This document shows positions 55,957 to 63,160 of a DNA stretch of 64,000 nt, piece by piece. Every line of letters begins with the position of its first letter. The first letter of the stretch is position 1. The notes beneath the pieces are model-generated. The model saw only the letters and a program-made list of their open reading frames with translations, made no database searches and was not told the origin of the DNA. Both the position numbers and the translations under genes were made by a program. Source of the DNA: Eubacteriales bacterium (GTDB taxonomy: Bacteria > Bacillota > Clostridia > Oscillospirales > CAG-272); NCBI GenBank assembly GCA_045638685.1, contig JAZUBT010000018.1, forward strand, positions 12,329 through 76,328. Reading direction: 5' to 3'.

Positions 55957-57554
55957 TAGTTTATACTGTTGGAATAGCTATTGCTATGGCCATATTTATT
56001 ATAGTCGGTGTTATAGCCGGACGAGGTGTTAAGGATACTAACGATTATTATGTCGCGGGACGCCGCGCACCGGTTATCCTGCTCGTAGGCTCCCTCATTG
56101 CATCTTTCCTTAGCACGGGCGCCTTTATGGGAGATACCGGCGAGGTTTACGGCGGATTCTTCATGGGTATCGTTATTGTCGGAATTTTACAGGCGTCCGG
56201 TTACGTATATGGAGCCAATCTCTTTGGAAAATACGTTCGACGCGCAAAGGTAAACACGGTGCCCGAATATTTCGGAAAAAGATTTTCATCGAGCCGTATC
56301 CGCAAGCTGGCAACTATTTCGCTAATGTTTGCAGTAACCGCATACATGCTTTCTGCAATGCAAGGTATATCTACTTTGATGACCTCAATCACGGGACTTG
56401 ACTATAGAATTTGCGTTATAATCGCATGGCTGTCGTTTACTATATTTACGGTTTACTCGGGCTCAAACGGTGTGTTGGTTACCGATACAATCATGTTCCT
56501 CGTGTTCCTTGCGGCTGCGCTTGTAGGTATTCCGTATATTGTAACTGCTGCCGGTGGGTGGAACGAAGCGATAACCTCTTTGGCTCAGTCCACAACACGC
56601 CCCGGCATCCTTGCTTGGACAAATAATCTCGATTACCTCTATCCTACCGGTGTCCAAAATCTTATATGGGCTATTGTTTACGGTATTGTTTGGGCGGTAG
56701 TTGTTATGGTTAGCCCTTGGCAAACCAGCCGATATTTAATGGCAAAAGACGAGCACACCGTTCAGCGTTCTGCTATCTGGGCTTCTATGGGCGTAGTTAC
56801 CGTTACTACTGCGATATATTTCGCCGCAGCCTTCATCTATAAGATTAATCCGAATATAGAAAACTACAGCACCAGCTTGATTTGGGCTGCGATGAACGTA
56901 ATGCCGTTGATTGTCGGCGTAGTGTTACTTACAGGAATATTGTCTGCCGGTATTTCTTCGGCATCTACGTTTTTATCATTAATCGGTTCGTCTTTGACTA
57001 ACGATCTTTTGGTAAGCTCAAAAACAGATGACGTAAAAAAGAATCTTATGATTTCCCGTATCGGTATGGCTATTGTCAGCGTTGTTGTTCTGATACTTGC
57101 TTTATTCAATCCTCCGCAAATTTTCTGGATTATGTACTTCGGCGGAACCGTAATAGCATCCGCTTGGGGCGTAGTAGCGATCATAAGCGTTTGGTCAAAG
57201 AAAATGAGCGAGAGCGCAGCTTTCTGGGGTATGCTCCTCGGTTTCTTAGGCTGTGTAGTCCCTAAGACGATTTCTGCTTTAAGCGGAATTACGTTACCGA
57301 TATATCTTGATCCTTTCTTTATTGGTATAGGCATGAGTATTATCGGCATCGTAATCGGAAGCAAGCTGAAGTGCGCAAGTCCGGCTGATATTGCAGAATA
57401 TGAGAGCCTTCATGTAAGACCGGAATCTGAAAAAGATCCTGTAAAGGAAAAGACAACTCGCAACTTAATGTACGTTTACTTAGCTTTCGGTGTTGCTCTT
57501 GGTCTCTTCTTTGTTCTTTTCTATGCTCTGCCTTATATGAGAGCTGTTGGTTAA
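55953..57554 (+). CDS. Sodium:solute symporter family transporter
   Basis: 533 aa with about 13 TM segments. The N-terminal DYYVAGRRAP motif is typical of SSF (PutP/PanF/SglT-like). Substrate is unknown. Confidence 0.85.
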   Translation: MIVYTVGIAIAMAIFIIVGVIAGRGVKDTNDYYVAGRRAPVILLVGSLIASFLSTGAFMGDTGEVYGGFFMGIVIVGILQASGYVYGANLFGKYVRRAKVNTVPEYFGKRFSSSRIRKLATISLMFAVTAYMLSAMQGISTLMTSITGLDYRICVIIAWLSFTIFTVYSGSNGVLVTDTIMFLVFLAAALVGIPYIVTAAGGWNEAITSLAQSTTRPGILAWTNNLDYLYPTGVQNLIWAIVYGIVWAVVVMVSPWQTSRYLMAKDEHTVQRSAIWASMGVVTVTTAIYFAAAFIYKINPNIENYSTSLIWAAMNVMPLIVGVVLLTGILSAGISSASTFLSLIGSSLTNDLLVSSKTDDVKKNLMISRIGMAIVSVVVLILALFNPPQIFWIMYFGGTVIASAWGVVAIISVWSKKMSESAAFWGMLLGFLGCVVPKTISALSGITLPIYLDPFFIGIGMSIIGIVIGSKLKCASPADIAEYESLHVRPESEKDPVKEKTTRNLMYVYLAFGVALGLFFVLFYALPYMRAVG

Positions 57555-57673
57555 ACACCCAAATCAGGCAGCTTACTTCTACATATTTTCTTTATACTGT
57601 ATTAACGTTACCCACTGCTCTTAGCGAAACGCCTCTGCATTATACTTTCAACAACTGAATAGGAGAACTCATT

Positions 57674-58765
57674 ATGCTTACCCAAAATATTAATTTAAAA
57701 AACAAAGTAATACTTGTAACCGGCGCGTCCGGATTCATTGGCTCAAATCTCGTTATGGAGCTCCTTCGTACAGTCCCCGGTATTCACGTCGTCGGACTTG
57801 ACAACATGAACGATTACTACGACGTATCCATTAAGGACTACCGACTCGGCGAGATCGAAAAGTTAGCTTTGGAGCATCCCGACTGCACCTGGACGTTTGT
57901 TCGCGGAAACATTGCTGACCGCGAGGTAATTGACGGTCTGTTCGATAAGTACCGCTTTACCGTGGTTGTTAACCTCGCTGCACAGGCGGGCGTACGCTAT
58001 TCTATCACCAATCCCGATGTATATATCGAATCCAACCTCATCGGATTCTACAACATTTTGGAGGCCTGCCGCGCAACGATAAAAACAGACCATCCCGTTG
58101 AGCATCTGGTCTATGCCTCCTCGTCCTCTGTTTACGGAACAAACAAGAAAATTCCGTACTCGACTGACGATAAGGTTGACAACCCCGTTTCGCTTTACGC
58201 CGCAACGAAAAAGAGCAACGAGCTTATGGCTCACGCATACTCAAAGCTTTATAACATTCCATCCACCGGACTTCGTTTCTTTACGGTTTACGGTCCTGCA
58301 GGACGTCCGGATATGGCGTATTTCGGATTTACAAACAAATTACTTAAGGGTGAAACTATTGAGATTTTCAACTTTGGAAACTGCAAGCGTGATTTTACCT
58401 ACGTAGATGACATTGTGGAAGGCGTTAAGCGTGTCATGCAGCATGCGCCGGAAAAACAGAACGGTGATGACGGACTTCCGCTGCCGCCCTATGCGGTTTA
58501 CAACATCGGAAACAACAGTCCCGAAAACCTGCTTGATTTTGTAACTATTCTACAAGAGGAGCTGCTCCGAGCCAAGGTTCTGCCTGAGGATTACGATTTT
58601 GAGGCGCATAAAAAGCTGGTTCCGATGCAGCCGGGCGACGTCCCGATCACTTATGCCGATACCTCGGCGCTTGAAAGAGACTTTGGATTTAAGCCCTCTA
58701 CCTCACTTCGCACCGGACTTCGGAAGTTTGCAGAGTGGTATCACGATTTTTATCAAAGCAAATAA
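57674..58765 (+). CDS. NAD-dependent epimerase, UDP-glucuronate 4-epimerase-like
   Basis: 363 aa. VILVTGASGFIGSNL, GLDNMNDYYDVSIKDYRL, YASSSSVYG and YAATKKSNE follow the CapI/LpsL/WbnF pattern. Confidence 0.75.
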   Translation: MLTQNINLKNKVILVTGASGFIGSNLVMELLRTVPGIHVVGLDNMNDYYDVSIKDYRLGEIEKLALEHPDCTWTFVRGNIADREVIDGLFDKYRFTVVVNLAAQAGVRYSITNPDVYIESNLIGFYNILEACRATIKTDHPVEHLVYASSSSVYGTNKKIPYSTDDKVDNPVSLYAATKKSNELMAHAYSKLYNIPSTGLRFFTVYGPAGRPDMAYFGFTNKLLKGETIEIFNFGNCKRDFTYVDDIVEGVKRVMQHAPEKQNGDDGLPLPPYAVYNIGNNSPENLLDFVTILQEELLRAKVLPEDYDFEAHKKLVPMQPGDVPITYADTSALERDFGFKPSTSLRTGLRKFAEWYHDFYQSK

Positions 58766-58855
58766 CTATCAGTAATTATAATAACTGCATATTGCATACA
58801 TTAAACAAAGCACATACATGATACATGTGTTTAAAATAATTAAAGAGGAAAATAT

Positions 58856-60028
58856 ATGACCGCATACGAAGCGTTTGAAAAAACATACAAAAAACCGCCT
58901 CAATATACCGCTTTCACTCCGTACCGCGTTTGCCCTATCGGAGCGCATTCCGACCATCAGCTTGGCAAAATCACCGGTTTTGCCATTAACAAAGGCATTC
59001 ACATTGCCTACGGTCCAAAGCAAAACGGTATTGTAGAAATTCAATCCCTTCAGTTTCATAAGCGAGCGCAGTGGCACGTAGCTTCTACACCCGACAAGCC
59101 GGAGGGGGATTGGGCAGACCATCTTAGAGGCGCAACCATAGCACTTCATTCCAGATACAATTTGAAAACAGGACTTTGCGCTATGATAGACGGAGAACTT
59201 CCCATTGGCGGTCTTTCGTCATCAGCAGCGGTAATTATTACGTTTTTATCCGCTCTTTGTATGATGAACGGAATTGAACTGACGCCGCAGGAGTTGATCG
59301 TAATTTCCAAGGAAGCCGAAAATAAATACGTCGGTGTTTCTTGCGGTAAGCTTGACCAGTCCTGCGAGGTGTTCTGCAAAAAGGATCATCTCTTATATCT
59401 GGATACCAGAGACGACAGTTATGAGCTGATTCCGCAGCAAACGGATATGAAGCCGTATAAATTTGCTATTTTCTTCAGCGGGCTGGAGAGAAGTCTGGCA
59501 GGATCCGCTTTTAACATGCGCGTTGATGAATGCCGTAGCGCCGCGTATGCGCTCAAAGCGTATGCGGGTATGGAATACGGAAAGTTTGAAGAAACCAACC
59601 TTCGCGACGTTCCTCGCGAGGTATATGAACAATACAAGGATTGCCTTCCGGATAACTGGAGAAAACGCGCAGAGCATTGGTACACCGAGTTCGACCGTGT
59701 ACAGAGCGGCGCCGAAGCATGGCGCAGGGGCGATATTGAGGCCTACGGCAAGCTATCCTTTGAAAGCGGATACAGCTCCATACACAACTGGGAAACAGGT
59801 TCTCCGGAACTAATCAAGCTGTATGAAATAATGACCAAAACCAAAGGTATTTACGGCGGCCGTTTCTCGGGCGCAGGATTTAAAGGCTGTTGCCTTGCAA
59901 TCATCGATCCTGCTTACGAGGAAAGCATTGTTGAAACCGTAACAAAAGAATACTTAAAAGCGTTTCCTCACCTTGAGGGTAAATATTCAGTACATATTTG
60001 CGAAAGCGCAGATGGAGTAAAATTATGA
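58856..60028 (+). CDS. GalK-family GHMP anomeric sugar kinase with divergent substrate motif
   Basis: 390 aa. GHMP motif II is PIGGLSSSAAV and motif III is GGRFSGAGFKGCC. The N-terminal motif is PYRVCPIGAHSDHQLG instead of the galactokinase signature GRxNLIGEHxDY. Confidence 0.75.
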   Translation: MTAYEAFEKTYKKPPQYTAFTPYRVCPIGAHSDHQLGKITGFAINKGIHIAYGPKQNGIVEIQSLQFHKRAQWHVASTPDKPEGDWADHLRGATIALHSRYNLKTGLCAMIDGELPIGGLSSSAAVIITFLSALCMMNGIELTPQELIVISKEAENKYVGVSCGKLDQSCEVFCKKDHLLYLDTRDDSYELIPQQTDMKPYKFAIFFSGLERSLAGSAFNMRVDECRSAAYALKAYAGMEYGKFEETNLRDVPREVYEQYKDCLPDNWRKRAEHWYTEFDRVQSGAEAWRRGDIEAYGKLSFESGYSSIHNWETGSPELIKLYEIMTKTKGIYGGRFSGAGFKGCCLAIIDPAYEESIVETVTKEYLKAFPHLEGKYSVHICESADGVKL

Positions 60029-60762
60029 AATGTTTAATTTTGGCTGCTGGATATGCTACAAGACTTTATCCCTTAACAGAAAATTTCCCTAAACCGCTTC
60101 TGCCTGTCGGTGATAAAACTATCCTCGATTGGCTTATTGACGATATTGACACTGCAAGCCTTGTTGACGAATACGTTGTTATCTCCAACCATAAATTTGC
60201 GCATCATTTCGATGATTGGGCAAAAAATAAGAGCCAAAAAATTACGGTTGTAGATGACGGAACTGACACAAACGAAACCCGTCTCGGCGCAGTTAAGGAT
60301 ATTCAGTTTGCAATCGAAAAGCTTGGTCTTGACGACGATATGCTCGTTATTGCGGGAGACAATGTTCTTGATTTCAGCCTTACTCAGTTTATAGAATACA
60401 CAAGGAAAAAGCAGACGTCATGTATCATGCGTTATTACGAGCACGATGATAAAAAGCTTCTTAAATGCGGTGTAGTAACCATTGACGAAAATGACAAAAT
60501 ACTTAATATGACGGAAAAATCCCCGACACCTGCAACGCATTGGTGCTGTCCGCCGTTCTACTATTACACCAAAGAAGATGCAAAGCTTGTACAAAAGGGT
60601 ATCGACAGCGGTTGCGGAACCGATGCTCCCGGCAGTTATATCGCATGGCTTTGTACACAAACACCCGTTCATGCAATGGAAATGCCCGGAAAACGGTATG
60701 ACATCGGAAACCTTGAAAGCTATGAAAAGGTAAAGTCAGAATACATAGGAATTACACGATAA
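60025..60762 (+). CDS. Sugar-1-phosphate nucleotidyltransferase
   Basis: The ATG at 60025 forms an ATGA overlap with the kinase stop. LILAAGYATRLYPLTENFPKPLLPVG is a nucleotidyltransferase N-terminal motif. The track start at 59998 is an extension. Confidence 0.8.
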   Translation: MKCLILAAGYATRLYPLTENFPKPLLPVGDKTILDWLIDDIDTASLVDEYVVISNHKFAHHFDDWAKNKSQKITVVDDGTDTNETRLGAVKDIQFAIEKLGLDDDMLVIAGDNVLDFSLTQFIEYTRKKQTSCIMRYYEHDDKKLLKCGVVTIDENDKILNMTEKSPTPATHWCCPPFYYYTKEDAKLVQKGIDSGCGTDAPGSYIAWLCTQTPVHAMEMPGKRYDIGNLESYEKVKSEYIGITR

Positions 60763-60782
60763 AAATACTAAGGAGAGACACA

Positions 60783-61946
60783 ATGGAGCAGAAAACAATT
60801 CAAACACTTTTCGCTTTATTGCGCTCTGCGCTCTGTGGAACTACCCTGACAGAGAACGAACGGAATAACTGTTCTCCCGAGATTATAAAGGATTTACTGA
60901 AAATATCTATAAGACACGATGTTTTACACCTTTTGGCTCTGGGACTTGAAAAAAACGCACTGGTTTCAAATGACAACACCGAAATTCAAAAATGTATTTT
61001 AAAAGCAGCATACCGTCATAAACGGTTATCGCTCGAATACGAGAGCCTTTGTAACGCGCTTGAGGCCGCGAAAATTCCGTTTATACCTCTAAAAGGCGCT
61101 GTAATCTCTAAATACTATCCTGAAGCATGGATGCGAACGAGCTGTGATATCGACGTTCTTGTTCACCGCGAGGATTTAGAGCCTGCCGTGGCTTTTCTGA
61201 CTGAAAAATTGCATTACGTTGAAGACGAACGCACTCCTCACGATATTTCCCTGTTCAGTCCAACAAAGGTTAACGTGGAAATCCACTTTGATTTGATAGA
61301 AGAAGGACGGGCAAAAAACTCTATTGACGTTTTACAGTCTGTTTGGGAAAACGTAACGCTAAGTGAAAACAGCGAGTATTGTTATGAGATGAGCGATGCA
61401 TTCTTTTATTTCTATCATATCGCGCACATGGCAAAGCATTTTGAAAACGGCGGTTGCGGTATTCGACCGTTTATTGATCTGTGGATATTAGATAATCTAA
61501 CGGATATAAATAAGGCCGAACGCTTCTCTCTTCTCTCTAAGGGCGGTCTAACTAAATTCGCAGACGTTACCCATACCCTAAGCCAAGTGTGGTTTAACGA
61601 TAAGCAGCCGGATGAGCTTTCACTGAAAACACAGCATTTTCTTTTGAGTGGCGGAATTTACGGCTCAGCAAATAACCGTGTTTCCATACAGCAAACTCAA
61701 AAGGGTGGAAAATTTAAATATATCCTCTCCAGAATATTTATTCCGTTTGCAAAATTAAAACGGTACTATCCTATACTGGATAAGCATCCTTGGCTCACGC
61801 CTTTTATGCAAATCAGACGTTGGTTTATGCTATTAAGGCCTAAGGTAGCTAAATTAGCAAAGCGAGAACTGTCTATAAACATAAATCTCGAAAAGACAAA
61901 ATCCGATGAAATGAATAATTTTTTAGAAAACATCGGGCTTGGTTAA
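60783..61946 (+). CDS. Uncharacterised nucleotidyltransferase-family protein (NTP_transf_5-like)
   Basis: 387 aa. It has the SCDIDVLV motif and a helical C-terminal half. The family call is from memory. Confidence 0.55.
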   Translation: MEQKTIQTLFALLRSALCGTTLTENERNNCSPEIIKDLLKISIRHDVLHLLALGLEKNALVSNDNTEIQKCILKAAYRHKRLSLEYESLCNALEAAKIPFIPLKGAVISKYYPEAWMRTSCDIDVLVHREDLEPAVAFLTEKLHYVEDERTPHDISLFSPTKVNVEIHFDLIEEGRAKNSIDVLQSVWENVTLSENSEYCYEMSDAFFYFYHIAHMAKHFENGGCGIRPFIDLWILDNLTDINKAERFSLLSKGGLTKFADVTHTLSQVWFNDKQPDELSLKTQHFLLSGGIYGSANNRVSIQQTQKGGKFKYILSRIFIPFAKLKRYYPILDKHPWLTPFMQIRRWFMLLRPKVAKLAKRELSININLEKTKSDEMNNFLENIGLG

Positions 61947-62085
61947 ATCACACCTCAGAAAAAAAGCTTTGAGGTCGCCACGGTTAGGAGCAACCGCGTA
62001 AGCTATGCCGGAGAAAGCTCCTTACGTAAAACTTTTGTAATTTAGCGTGTAGATTACCGCCAAAGCATTAACTGAATAATTGACG

Positions 62086-62114
62086 AGGGCTGACGGCGCA
62101 TAGCTGTCAGCCCT
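62086..62114 (+). terminator. Hairpin at the right edge of the polysaccharide locus
   Basis: AGGGCTGAC (62086-62094) / GTCAGCCCT (62106-62114). It is followed by AAAATTT, which is a poor U-run. Confidence 0.35.
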
Positions 62115-62142
62115 AAAATTTAATATAATTCTGCTAAAAATA

Positions 62143-62171
62143 TTGATTTTTCCGCTATTATATGTTATAAT
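62143..62171 (+). promoter_or_regulatory. Near-consensus promoter for the nfnA-like operon
   Basis: TTGATT (62143-62148), a 17-nt spacer, then TATAAT (62166-62171). Confidence 0.6.
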
Positions 62172-62252
62172 AAAAAATAAGCATGACGAGATTTTAATTG
62201 CCGCTACAACGACACCGAATTTGATTTCCGATAATAGCAATATATCCGAAAT

Positions 62253-62286
62253 ACGGTTGCCAAGCCTTGCGGTAACCGTCTTTTTA
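62253..62286 (+). terminator. Terminator-like hairpin inside the nfnA-like 5' leader
   Basis: ACGGTTGCC-AAGCCTTGC-GGTAACCGT is a 9-bp stem with 1 G-U pair. It is followed by CTTTTTAG and lies 19 nt before the ATG at 62305. Confidence 0.5.
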
Positions 62287-62304
62287 GAAAACAGAGAGTG
62301 TAAA

Positions 62305-63159
62305 ATGTATAAAATAGTTGATAAAAAGATATTAAACCCCACGGTGGTAAAGCTTCATATAGAAGCCCCTCTCGTGGCAAACAAAGCGCGTCCCGGTCAG
62401 TTTATTATTCTCCGCGTTGACGAGGAAGGTGAGCGTATTCCGTTTACCGTTGCGGGTGTAAACAAAGAAAAGGGCACAGTTAAGATTATATATCAGATAG
62501 TCGGCGCTACCACCGAAAAGCTTTCGCATAAGGAAGTCGGCGACTGCGTTCAGGACTTCGTCGGTCCTCTCGGCTCCCCTACGCACCTTGACGGACTTAA
62601 AAAGGTCTGTATTGTTGGCGGAGGTGTCGGTTGCGCTATCGCTATGCCTATTGCCGAGGCTCTTCACGAGATGGGAGCTGACGTTACCGGCATTATCGGA
62701 TTCAGAAACAAAGATCTTCTTATCCTTGAGGACGAGTTCAAGGCTTGTACCAACACGCTTCGCATTATGACCGACGACGGCTCCTACGGTGAAAAAGGAA
62801 ACGTAACACTCCCCCTTAAGGAAATGCTTATGGCGGGCGAAAATTTCGATATGATAATCGCCATAGGTCCTCTAATTATGATGAAATACGTCGTCGAAAC
62901 AGCAAGACCCTTTGGCACTCCCGTAACCGTTTCAATGAATCCCATTATGATTGACGGAACGGGAATGTGTGGCGGTTGCAGACTTACGCTGAATATGGGC
63001 GACAAGAAGGTAACTAAGTTTGCTTGCGTTGACGGGCCGGACTTTAACGGCTACGAAATAGATTTTGACGAAGCGATGTCCCGTGGCAGAATGTACTCTG
63101 CATTTGAGCGCCATAGGTACGAGGAAGCCTGCAATCTCTTTAACAAGGAGGTAAAGTAG
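62305..63159 (+). CDS. Sulfide/dihydroorotate dehydrogenase-like FAD/NAD-binding subunit (NfnA/PyrK-like)
   Basis: MYKIVDKKILNPTVVKLHIEAPLVANKARPGQFIILRVDEEGERIPFTVAG, with the C-terminal 2Fe-2S Cys cluster CGGCRL...CVDGP. The track start at 62143 is an extension into the promoter. Confidence 0.85.
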   Translation: MYKIVDKKILNPTVVKLHIEAPLVANKARPGQFIILRVDEEGERIPFTVAGVNKEKGTVKIIYQIVGATTEKLSHKEVGDCVQDFVGPLGSPTHLDGLKKVCIVGGGVGCAIAMPIAEALHEMGADVTGIIGFRNKDLLILEDEFKACTNTLRIMTDDGSYGEKGNVTLPLKEMLMAGENFDMIIAIGPLIMMKYVVETARPFGTPVTVSMNPIMIDGTGMCGGCRLTLNMGDKKVTKFACVDGPDFNGYEIDFDEAMSRGRMYSAFERHRYEEACNLFNKEVK

Positions 63160-63160
63160 G

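Noticed and set aside
38100-62120. Polysaccharide locus as an integrated mobile element or genomic island.
   Set aside because: No integrase, transposase, tRNA/tmRNA attachment site or flanking direct repeats are visible. The boundaries are ordinary terminator hairpins. Compositional patchiness suggests cassette exchange by homologous recombination rather than a self-mobile element.
62022-62342. 106-aa reverse-strand ORF between the polysaccharide locus and nfnA.
   Set aside because: It overlaps the forward promoter, leader and start of the nfnA-like gene, and is hydrophobic and low-complexity because of A+T-rich DNA. No SD is present.
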